Origin: Promethearchaeota archaeon
GTDB lineage: Archaea; Asgardarchaeota; Hermodarchaeia; Hermodarchaeales; Hermodarchaeaceae
Reading direction: 5' to 3'
Assembly (NCBI GenBank): GCA_048938385.1
Contig: JBHLMG010000001.1
Location: forward strand, 183,703 to 215,702
DNA length: 32,000 nt
Shown: positions 1 through 6,521 of the stretch, one piece after another
How the letters are laid out: the number at the start of each line of letters is the position of its first letter
Numbering within the stretch: position 1 is the first letter of the stretch
Notes under the pieces: model-generated
Databases searched by the model: none
Told to the model about the DNA's origin: nothing
Seen by the model: only the letters and a program-made list of their open reading frames with translations
Made by a program: the position numbers and the translations under genes

Positions 1-492
1 CGGGCTAGTTACTTCGTGATAGGTGACCCGTCCATCCCGGTCAATTAATCCTGCTCGAATTCGGGTTGACGATATTGAAATATGGTCCTCTGCCATTACC
101 ATAGTCAATACAGCGATATGGAGGAGTGGAAGTCCCTTATCTTTTCGAATTTCGTTGATTTCCTTTGCGACGGGACAAGTTTCTTCACTCACTACAATGA
201 GTTGAAGTTCTGGCATAATGATGGCAGGTCCGTGTGGATCATATAAGGGTTGAATGGTGTATCGTCCCTTGTAGCTTTCAGAATCGAGCCATCGTTTGAG
301 TTCAGATTCTCGTTCCTCGTAACTGGCTATTTTTTCCCAGTCCGGTTTGTGTTTAATCATTTCTTGGGTTGTTAAACCAATAAGCACTCTTTTTCCCAAT
401 TCAAACGCTCGACGGAGGAGTGTTTTGTGTCCTTTATGTAGTTGGTCAAAAGTGCCTCCGATGGCGACCCAATTGTAGTGCTTTTTGGACAC
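1..492 (-). CDS. coaD: phosphopantetheine adenylyltransferase (archaeal cytidylyltransferase-family PPAT); C-terminus runs off the window
   Basis: Absent from the ORF track because it is open at the window edge. GTG start at 492; alternative GTG at 543. My translation: VSKKHYNWVAIGGTFDQLHKGHKTLLRRAFELGKRVLIGLTT...ISISSTRIRAGLIDRDG. It carries the GGTFDxLHxGH nucleotidyltransferase motif and the ISSTRIR motif typical of archaeal PPAT. Confidence 0.75.
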   Translation of the reverse strand, partial: MSKKHYNWVAIGGTFDQLHKGHKTLLRRAFELGKRVLIGLTTQEMIKHKPDWEKIASYEERESELKRWLDSESYKGRYTIQPLYDPHGPAIIMPELQLIVVSEETCPVAKEINEIRKDKGLPLLHIAVLTMVMAEDHISISSTRIRAGLIDRDGRVTYHEVTSP

Positions 493-571
493 GACGCAGT
501 CCTCATGCCATGCTCTAATCTTCTGTTGAAAAAGCTTTACCACGAGCCAAGTAAGAGCGAATATTCGCGGT

Positions 572-1678
572 TTAGGCTATGCCGATAGTATTTCCGATGC
601 CTGCGACAATGAGGGTATCGCCTTTTTCCGAATTTTTTAAGATTCCATCTTTGAGTTTTTCAATGACCTTTGGAACGGCATCTACTAGAGCTTTTTTCAT
701 GGGACTTAGCGCGTCTTCAATTGATTCCTTGATGACGATGGCGTCAAGAGGTATGTTGTGTTTCACACCAGAGTCTTCCATCTCGAATTTCTCCGGTCCG
801 GGGTCTCCAATCGCTGCACCGACTCCGATAATCACATGACCTGTATCTTCGCCTTCAAGTTTCAAACCTGCGTCCACAGTGATAATGCGAGCGATTTGAC
901 CCTTATTTCGTTCAACGATTTTTCTAATTCCTATTCCTGGTTCTCCAACATGTCCGCCATGCCCTTTAGCGCGTACAAACCATAACGTGCGACCCTCAAA
1001 ATTACCAGAAAACGCTATTGTGTGCTTGGCGATCTCCTCTGGGTCACCGGCTTGAATTTCCCGGGCAAAGTGAGCGATTGCTAAAGGCCCCATCCCATCA
1101 CCAATGGGTTTTCCTTCTGAAAATGCTCGCACCGCTTCAAAATACGCCTTAGCCAACTGAATAATTTCAGGTAACTGCATCTGCAATTGAATTACATAAT
1201 AGATGCTCTTAGTTTTCTTTCCGAGAAGCAAGAAGTGCCGAACAACGCGATAAACATAATGCAACGCCATGGCTCCTGATAACACATTTTGTGCATTCGC
1301 TGCTTGCACCGGGGTTGCGCTAGGAGCAATACGATTCACATGCGCCTCATATCGGTTTTCTCGCACATCAAGAAGGTGCTTGATTCGCTGTAGTACTCCG
1401 GCTGGATCTACATTCACCGGTTCGATTAAGAAGAATTCTAAGAAGTCATCAAGAGTTGATTTTACATCTTCCTCTTTGACTTTCAAGTCCTTTAACGCCC
1501 GATGTGCAATCTGTTTACCCTGTTTTGCTAAAACTTCTATTTGGCGTAATCCGGATTCTACTTGTTTTGTCCAAATATAGGTCTGTAGGCGTTGCCCGTA
1601 CAGATAGATGAACATGAACATGACAATGAAAATTAAGTTGACAATCCAATTGAATTCGGAACCTGGAATTTGCAACAT
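572..1678 (-). CDS. conserved archaeal membrane-anchored protein, DUF1512-like
   Basis: 368 aa ORF with an N-terminal TM helix (WIVNLIFIVMFMFIYLY) followed by a large soluble domain. Size and layout resemble the archaeal DUF1512 family; this assignment is from memory only. Confidence 0.55.
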   Translation of the reverse strand: MLQIPGSEFNWIVNLIFIVMFMFIYLYGQRLQTYIWTKQVESGLRQIEVLAKQGKQIAHRALKDLKVKEEDVKSTLDDFLEFFLIEPVNVDPAGVLQRIKHLLDVRENRYEAHVNRIAPSATPVQAANAQNVLSGAMALHYVYRVVRHFLLLGKKTKSIYYVIQLQMQLPEIIQLAKAYFEAVRAFSEGKPIGDGMGPLAIAHFAREIQAGDPEEIAKHTIAFSGNFEGRTLWFVRAKGHGGHVGEPGIGIRKIVERNKGQIARIITVDAGLKLEGEDTGHVIIGVGAAIGDPGPEKFEMEDSGVKHNIPLDAIVIKESIEDALSPMKKALVDAVPKVIEKLKDGILKNSEKGDTLIVAGIGNTIGIA

Positions 1679-1724
1679 CTTGCGTCACTAATAATATGGT
1701 ACTGCCGGAACGGAACAAGTATGG

Positions 1725-1737
1725 AATAAAAACCTTT
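1725..1737 (-). promoter_or_regulatory. BRE/TATA-like element AAAGGTTTTTATT upstream of the DUF1512-like gene
   Basis: Minus-strand AAAGGTTTTTATT lies about 45-55 nt upstream of the ATG at 1678. The same AAAGGTTTTT core recurs upstream of tRNA-Pro (2061-2074). Confidence 0.4.
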
Positions 1738-1782
1738 GCGTATGGTTAATCCCGCTCACGCATAGAAGACAAGGAAAAAGAA

Positions 1783-1903
1783 GTGGCGCAGTTCACACTT
1801 TTCCCGACACCTCTCGGACATCAGTACTCAGGGCGACGAAGCCGGCTTAACTTCCGGGATCTGACGAGACCGGGTGTGACCCAGCTTCTATGACCGCGCC
1901 AAC
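1783..1903 (-). rRNA. rrf: 5S rRNA, isolated (not linked to 16S/23S)
   Basis: Minus-strand sequence: TTGGCGCGGTCATAGAAGCTGGGTCACACCCGGTCTCGTCAGATCCCGGAAGTTAAGCCGGCTTCGTCGCCCTGAGTACTGATGTCCGAGAGGTGTCGGGAAAAGTGTGAACTGCGCCA. It contains the archaeal 5S hallmark CCCGGAAGTTAAGC. Helix I pairs GGCGCGGT with GAACTGCGCC. A T-rich tract follows the 3' end. End coordinates are accurate to about 2 nt. Confidence 0.9.
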
Positions 1904-1920
1904 CAGCAGGATTCGTCCCC

Positions 1921-1934
1921 GGTATAAAAGTGTT
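1921..1934 (-). promoter_or_regulatory. TATA box (CTTTTATACC) for the 5S rRNA gene
   Basis: Minus-strand CACTTTTATACC is centred about 26 nt upstream of the 5S 5' end. It lies just after the T6 run (1952-1957) that follows tRNA-Pro. Confidence 0.5.
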
Positions 1935-1957
1935 GTGAAATCTTAGATGCCAAAAAA

Positions 1958-2034
1958 TGGTGGGCCGGCCGAGATTCGAACTCGGGACCACGAGGTCCCA
2001 AACCTCGCATCATACCGAACTAGACTACCGGCCC
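1958..2034 (-). tRNA. tRNA-Pro(TGG), intron-less, CCA encoded
   Basis: Hand-folded sequence: GGGCCGG TA GTCTAGTTCGGTATGAT G CGAGG TTTGGGA CCTCG TGGTC CCGAG TTCGAAT CTCGG CCGGCCC A CCA. The D-stem is weak, with only 3 bp. Confidence 0.85.
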
Positions 2035-2060
2035 AGACTCTGCTAGTGGTAACAGATGGA

Positions 2061-2074
2061 GTTGAAAAACCTTT
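2061..2074 (-). promoter_or_regulatory. BRE/TATA-like element AAAGGTTTTTCAAC upstream of tRNA-Pro
   Basis: About 30 nt separate the T-run from the mature tRNA 5' end. The element shares its core with the one at 1725-1737. Confidence 0.4.
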
Positions 2075-2098
2075 GTCCAATTTAGCTGTTCCGATACG

Positions 2099-2746
2099 CT
2101 ATGCCGTTCCCACTCCTTCGATCAGGAACCTGATGTAATAGTAGGGCTTTCCGTTCGTATAGTTAACTTTGGGAGGGGATGATACGATGCCAAAATGGGT
2201 CTTCAACAGGTGCACGAGTTCTTTCAGAAAACCTCTGTCCCGCTGCTTCAATTGCACTCGATTCTTCGACACTGAACCATCAGTATGTATTAAACCACGC
2301 ATATAATGCTGGAAGAGCGATGCGTTTTCCGCAATCAACGAGGGAACCCTCAAACGATCTTTCTTCCCAGATTGAAATCCTAGTTGAATAAAAAAGAAAT
2401 ACACTGCCGCACAATTGATGTTAATGGCGTAGCAGTTCTTCTTTCGTTTATCTCTTTGAATACGAGGTTGATAGCGAAAGAGCTCTCTAATTAGAACTGG
2501 TAACTGCTCAATGTAGTCTTTGCGCCCCACAACATTTACTCGATAATAGTAACCCCCTCCCTTCCGTTTACACTTGTTTAGGTTACCATCACCCGCAACA
2601 ACGCCAGCGAAGTATGCAACTTTTTCGTTAATTTTTGGAATTTTTATCCGAGTTTTTTTGGTGCAGATAAAGCCATCTTCAATTTTATGCCATACACCAG
2701 CCTCATGCAAAATCTGCGAAATTGCATACACATCAACGCCATTCAT
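2099..2746 (-). CDS. free-standing LAGLIDADG homing endonuclease (two-motif, monomeric type)
   Basis: 215 aa. Motif 1 is YFAGVVAGDGNL and motif 2 is YMRGLIHTDGSV; both retain the catalytic Asp and are about 100 aa apart. A TATA-like GAGTTTTTAGAG lies about 25 nt upstream of the ATG, suggesting a leaderless mRNA. The ORF sits between tRNA-Thr and tRNA-Pro, not inside an intron or intein that I can detect. Confidence 0.8.
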   Translation of the reverse strand: MNGVDVYAISQILHEAGVWHKIEDGFICTKKTRIKIPKINEKVAYFAGVVAGDGNLNKCKRKGGGYYYRVNVVGRKDYIEQLPVLIRELFRYQPRIQRDKRKKNCYAININCAAVYFFFIQLGFQSGKKDRLRVPSLIAENASLFQHYMRGLIHTDGSVSKNRVQLKQRDRGFLKELVHLLKTHFGIVSSPPKVNYTNGKPYYYIRFLIEGVGTA

Positions 2747-2792
2747 TCTAAAGATGATTCCACTAAGAACTCTAAAAACTCATTAACAGAAT

Positions 2793-2867
2793 TGGAGCCT
2801 CCGCCGGGACTTGAACCCGGGACTGGTGGCTTACAAGGCCACTGCCCTACCGCTAGGCCACGGAGGC
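2793..2867 (-). tRNA. tRNA-Thr(TGT), intron-less, CCA encoded
   Basis: Hand-folded sequence: GCCTCCG TG GCCT AGCGGTA GGGC A GTGGC CTTGTAA GCCAC CAGTC CCGGG TTCAAGT CCCGG CGGAGGC T CCA. This is a clean cloverleaf. Confidence 0.92.
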
Positions 2868-2977
2868 TCGTTTGAGGTTACACAAGCACATCTGATTAAT
2901 GATTCGGAATGAATCGGTGCATCGTGGGTTGCTAACGGGAATTGCACAAAAATGTTTTTCTGGCTAGGGTGGCTGCT

Positions 2978-3009
2978 GGTCGTGGCTTCAAGTCCCGCCT
3001 GAGGCTCCA
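2978..3009 (+). pseudogene. tRNA-Thr 3'-half remnant (variable loop, T-arm, 3' acceptor strand and CCA); no 5' half present
   Basis: GGTCGTGGCTTCAAGTCCCGCCTGAGGCTCCA aligns with 5662-5693 of tRNA-Thr(GGT) at 28/32 positions; the last 17 nt are identical. The would-be G53:C61 pair is C:C. There is no matching GCCTCAG 5' acceptor strand or anticodon stem upstream. Confidence 0.6.
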
Positions 3010-3094
3010 TTTCACTTGTAGCTGTTCATCGTAAGGACGGGTTGGGGTGGATTTGGGTGTGGTTCAAGGTGGTGGGATCGTACGCTTTCAGGTC

Positions 3095-3616
3095 TCATGG
3101 GGGTGGGGGTGCAAGTGCACCTTCGTGAATGCACAGGTGGGTGGGGTTCGCGGGGGGTGATTGGAGGGCGTTCCGTAAGAAGGTGGGGTAGAGGGGGCAT
3201 GTTTCGAGTGTGGTAACGGGATACCACTTGAAGATGAGGGTGTGCCCGTTTTCTTCGCCGAGGAATGTGTCCTGTTCGTAAAGCGGTGAGTGTTGGGGGA
3301 ATTGGAACAGGTAGTAGAACCCAATCTCATGAGAGGGTGTTAGGAATATCGGGTGGGTTGGGCCGGATCCTTCTTCATGCTGGAAGAAGTTTTCTACAAC
3401 CCAGAGGAGCCGTTCAATCTGGACGGGGGTCTCAGTCTCCTCGAGCATCTCGCGTTTCAAAGCCTGCTCTGTAGTTTCCAGATGTCGTACCCGCCCTCCA
3501 GGGAGCGCCCAGAAGTCCCATCCTTCCACCTGGTGGAGTAACACGCGATGATCCTGAAAAACCACACCGGCGGTGCGTAACATGAACCGCCCCGTTCCAA
3601 CTGGAAAGAAAAGCAT
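3095..3616 (-). CDS. Nudix hydrolase
   Basis: Nudix box GGRVRHLETTEQALKREMLEETE matches GX5EX7REUXEEXGU. Local GC is clearly higher than the surrounding sequence. The C-terminal 20 aa (SPPANPTHLCIHEGALAPPPP) are encoded by a C-rich tract. An alternative start is Met12 at 3583. Confidence 0.85.
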   Translation of the reverse strand: MLFFPVGTGRFMLRTAGVVFQDHRVLLHQVEGWDFWALPGGRVRHLETTEQALKREMLEETETPVQIERLLWVVENFFQHEEGSGPTHPIFLTPSHEIGFYYLFQFPQHSPLYEQDTFLGEENGHTLIFKWYPVTTLETCPLYPTFLRNALQSPPANPTHLCIHEGALAPPPP

Positions 3617-3734
3617 GGCGTCTAAGAACCGCTGTCATCTCATATTTCTTTTACCATTAACCGGGTATGGGAATAACCCTATGCGTTCAAACTTGGGAAA
3701 TTGGCAAGGAAGTTGGTCAAGAAATCGGGAAAAA

Positions 3735-3844
3735 GGTGCGGGGGCCGGGCTTCGAACCCGGGAACTCCTACGAGACAGGATCTTAAGTCCTGCGCCTTTG
3801 ACCAAGCTTGGCTTTGAGGTCTCCATTAATGGAGAAACCCCCGC
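3735..3844 (-). tRNA. tRNA-Leu(TAA) with a 23-nt non-canonical intron between positions 8 and 9; only CC, not CCA, is encoded
   Basis: Exons: GCGGGGGT | AGCC AAGCTTGGTCAAA GGC G CAGGA CTTAAGA TCCTG TCTCGTAGGAGTTC CCGGG TTCGAAG CCCGG CCCCCGC A CC, followed by T5. Intron 3814-3836 is TTCTCCATTAATGGAGACCTCAA. BHB folded by hand: central helix GGGG/CCTC, bulges GT|T and AA|A, inner helix TCTCCA/TGGAGA with a TTAA loop. Confidence 0.8.
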
Positions 3845-3991
3845 CGCTCAGTCATTGCGGGCGCTACCCTTGGACACGCCCCCGCACAGTTGATGGCGTG
3901 ACAAAGTTATTTCGGTGCTTAAAATTGCTTCGCGTTGGTGGCGCATACCGAAAATTAGCGCTATATTGGTGTGGTGAGAATAACGCATGAA

Positions 3992-5311
3992 CTACTCCTG
4001 AATAATTCCAGGAGTTCCCATCGAGTCCACTCCCCGAGGAATGTGGGGGAGGGCTGTGTGTCGATGCAAGCCATGCAAGAACGCTTGCAGTGGCTCCCTG
4101 TTCACAGGGGATTGCTGCAATAGGAACCGCACCATGATGTTGACTGCCGCGTTTTTATCTCGATCCAATGTGGTTCCACAATTGCATTGAATAACGCGCT
4201 CGGATAATAACCGATCATTGATTTGACCGCAGACACAACAGGTCTTCGTAGTATACGATTCGTCAATTCTTGCCACTCTCTTCCCTACTTTTTCAGCTTT
4301 GTAGGTCAAGAATTCGGCGAACCTACCTAACGCTCCTGTATTATATACTGAATAATTCAAGGTCCGCGCAGCTTGAGCTCTTAGGGAATTACCCTTCAGC
4401 TGTTGCTTCCGAGCCATGGTTTTGACCTTGAGGGCACCTAAGACAAGTGTATTGGCCTGTGTATTTTCGACAACATTTTTTGACACTTTGTGTTGATAAT
4501 CGCGTAGCTGGTTGGCTAGCTTCTGTTGCATTTTTTGGAGTTTTTTGCGATAGAAGTGCCACCTGTGACTGCCTTTTTTGCAATGGTCGCGCCGGGATTG
4601 CACCTCCTGGATTTTCTTTCTCCAGTACAGGTCGGGACGACGGTTCTGAATCTGGATAAATTTTCCATGCATGTTGACCGCGGTGACTAAATTCGTAATG
4701 CCCAGGTCAATGGCTTGGTATAGCATATTATCCACAAATGGAGAAACCTTCGCAGAACGCACAATTGCCACAAACCACCTATGACGCGCATCCTGAAAGA
4801 TTTCTACTTGCTTAACCTCTCCTTCAAGTCGTGACAGCCAAGGCAAATTAAAAAGTAGTGCCACTCCCGAAGGATGCTTGTGAGAAAATTGTATAGTCTT
4901 TCTCTCGGTATCGATGCTAAATCCTGATTGATTGTAGCACAGTGTCGTGAAGAAATTCTTACCTTTGAACCTGGGCGGTCGTGCTTGCTTGTCACCTGTT
5001 TTCCATCGGGCAAAGAAAGACTTGTAGTCAGCATCCAACTTCCGAAGTGTCATTTGGAGAACCTTCGAATAGACCCAGAAATATTCAGGAAATTGGCGTT
5101 TGAGGGCAGGTAGGTTGTTCTGTTGTGTTGTGTAGGTGATATAGTTTCGCTCTGTCTCCGGTTTCGTGCGATTTGATTCCCAGTTTTGACGGCGTTCGTT
5201 CAGGGCGAAGTTGTAGAGGAGCCGACATTTCTCAGACAAGATCCATAATATCTGCTCTTGTTTTGGTGTGGGTTTTATGCAAATTTTATGTGTCAGCATC
5301 TTGTGGCTCAT
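3992..5311 (-). mobile_element. tnpB: TnpB (IS200/IS605 OrfB-type RuvC nuclease, IS1341-like solo copy with no tnpA)
   Basis: N-terminus MLTHKICIKPTPKQEQIL is typical of TnpB. RuvC-I is AIDLGITNLVT, the Glu lies in FAEFLTYKAEKVG, the zinc finger is CCVCG...CNCG, and RuvC-III is LDRDKNAAVNI. The track ORF extends to 5416, but Met36 (5311) or Met40 (5299) are more plausible starts. No Y1 transposase gene is adjacent. Confidence 0.88.
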
Positions 5312-5413
5312 GCTACAGATATGGTGCGCGTTCGGATTTTTCAGTCTAGAGGGAGGGGGACTGATAACTATCTGGTCAATTCTTCCCGGGAATGCTAAAA
5401 CAGAGATTTTCTG

Positions 5414-5428
5414 CAAAATAGTTAAAAG
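5414..5428 (+). promoter_or_regulatory. TATA-like AAATAGTTAAAAGG upstream of the tRNA-Met/tRNA-Thr pair
   Basis: Ends about 23 nt before the tRNA-Met 5' end. The AGTTAAAAGG core recurs upstream of S10 (19388-19398). Confidence 0.4.
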
Positions 5429-5450
5429 GTACGAGCTGGGGTTAAGTGCT

Positions 5451-5602
5451 GCCGAGGTAGCTTAGCCTGGTTGAGCGCCAGACTCATAGGGCACTGCCCC
5501 AGGGTCAAGATTTGATGATTGCTGGCGCACCGGAGACATCTGGAGGTCGCGGGTTCGAACCGATGTCCTCGGGACTTCGCGGAACGCCCGCCCTCGGCAC
5601 CA
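5451..5602 (+). tRNA. tRNA-Met or tRNA-Ile2 (CAT), elongator type, with two introns (37/38 and 59/60); CCA encoded
   Basis: Exons: GCCGAGG TA GCTT AGCCTGGTT GAGC G CCAGA CTCATA | A TCTGG AGGTC GCGGG TTCGAA | G CCCGC CCTCGGC A CCA. Intron 1 is 5489-5537 (49 nt). Intron 2 is 5560-5585 (26 nt), with central helix TTCG/CGGA, bulges AA|C and AC|G, and inner helix CGA-GTCC/GGAC-TCG. It is not an initiator: the 1:72 pair is G1:C72 and the anticodon stem has no GGG/CCC. Confidence 0.82.
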
Positions 5603-5615
5603 ATTGAAGAGTTGA

Positions 5616-5693
5616 GCCTCAGTGGCATAGCCTGGCTAGCGCACCGCCTTGGTAAGGCGGGGGTCGCGGGTTCGAATCCCGCCTGAGGCTCCA
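5616..5693 (+). tRNA. tRNA-Thr(GGT), intron-less, CCA encoded
   Basis: Hand-folded sequence: GCCTCAG TG GCAT AGCCTGGCTA GCGC A CCGCC TTGGTAA GGCGG GGGTC GCGGG TTCGAAT CCCGC CTGAGGC T CCA. There is one A:C mismatch in the D-stem. It lies 13 nt after tRNA-Met, so the two are probably co-transcribed. A T-rich tract follows. Confidence 0.88.
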
Positions 5694-5787
5694 CAATTTT
5701 TGTGTTTTCAAGGGAAGATGTGAGATTTTTAAAGAGAAAGCGAATGAATCCCTATGCTGGCAACTGTAATGCGAGGTGAATTTCGCC

Positions 5788-6474
5788 ATGACGGTGGATG
5801 AAGAAAAACGCTTAGCGGCAGAAGCTGCGATCAATCATGTGTCTGATGGGATGTGTTTAGGTGTTGGTACAGGTTCGACGGTGGAAGTGTTCATTGAGTT
5901 ACTAGTTGAGAAAATTGCGGCAGAAAACATCACCATCACAGCAGTTCCCACCTCGTGTGCCACTCAACTACGGTTACATGATGTTGGAATCACCACCATT
6001 CCTTTGGGGTGCGTCACGAGTTTACCTTGCGCTGTGGATGGTGCTGACGAAGTAGATTCCACCATGGCCCTCATTAAAGGGGGAGGAGCTGCGCTTCTTC
6101 GAGAAAAAATCTTAGCTGAAGCAGCTCAGCAATTGGTCATCATTGTTGACAGTGGTAAATTAGTTAAACGATTAGGGGCTCGAACACCCATTCCGGTAGA
6201 GGTTCTTCCTGAAGCTCTCGCACTGACCATGGATCGAATTCAACAACTCGGTGGTTCACCCATGCTACGACAAGCCAAACGAAAAGCAGGTCCTATCATC
6301 ACCGATAACGGAAATTTCATCCTAGATGTAACATTTCCCAAAATCACCAATATCGCAGCCTTAGATACAAAACTCAACGCGATTCCTGGAGTTATTGAAA
6401 ACGGGCTTTTTCCAGATCAAGCTGATGTTGTGTATGTTGGTCAAAAGAAGACTGTGAAAATCTTACAACGATAA
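5788..6474 (+). CDS. rpiA: ribose-5-phosphate isomerase A
   Basis: Motifs GVGTGST, VDGADEVD and IKGGGAALLREK are present. GAGGTG lies 9 nt upstream of the ATG at 5788. The track start at 5776 is a GTG. Confidence 0.9.
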   Translation: MTVDEEKRLAAEAAINHVSDGMCLGVGTGSTVEVFIELLVEKIAAENITITAVPTSCATQLRLHDVGITTIPLGCVTSLPCAVDGADEVDSTMALIKGGGAALLREKILAEAAQQLVIIVDSGKLVKRLGARTPIPVEVLPEALALTMDRIQQLGGSPMLRQAKRKAGPIITDNGNFILDVTFPKITNIAALDTKLNAIPGVIENGLFPDQADVVYVGQKKTVKILQR

Positions 6475-6521
6475 AACACAACATCCATAAAGTACTAGCT
6501 CTTCTTCGCTAGCCAATACGA

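Noticed and set aside
1947-2875. Track ORFs overlapping tRNA genes: 1947-2138 and 2687-2875. Elsewhere, 5422-5694, 5619-5834, 6463-6645 and 8085-8318 behave the same way.
   Set aside because: Each is explained by a well-folding tRNA gene on one strand, and none shows coding signal.
3012-3330. Proline-rich ORFs 3012-3227 and 3088-3330 on the minus strand.
   Set aside because: They are translation artefacts of the C-rich complement of the G-tract block and overlap the Nudix gene frame. Neither has a recognisable domain.
5312-5416. N-terminal extension of the TnpB ORF (MQKISVLAFPGRIDQIVISPPPSRLKNPNAHHICS). The track also gives upstream-extended starts for rpoB (8446), S12 (16692), S7 (17170), L23 (25344) and gcvPB (27989).
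   Set aside because: The extensions are not family-like. Some overlap the upstream gene or a tRNA promoter. Internal starts with Shine-Dalgarno-like GGAGG/GAGGT motifs or start/stop overlaps fit better.
5489-5537. A UGAUGA (C-box-like) motif in the canonical intron of tRNA-Met, suggesting an intron-encoded box C/D guide RNA as in euryarchaeal pre-tRNA-Trp.
   Set aside because: No CUGA D box or second C'/D' pair is present in the intron or adjacent exon, so the motif alone is insufficient.
2993-5693. A simple model in which the 3010-5676 block is an element integrated into tRNA-Thr(GGT) by a tyrosine integrase.
   Set aside because: The partial tRNA copy lies upstream of the intact tRNA, the opposite of the classical arrangement. 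No integrase gene or fragment is visible. It is kept only as a weaker scar or rearranged-island hypothesis.
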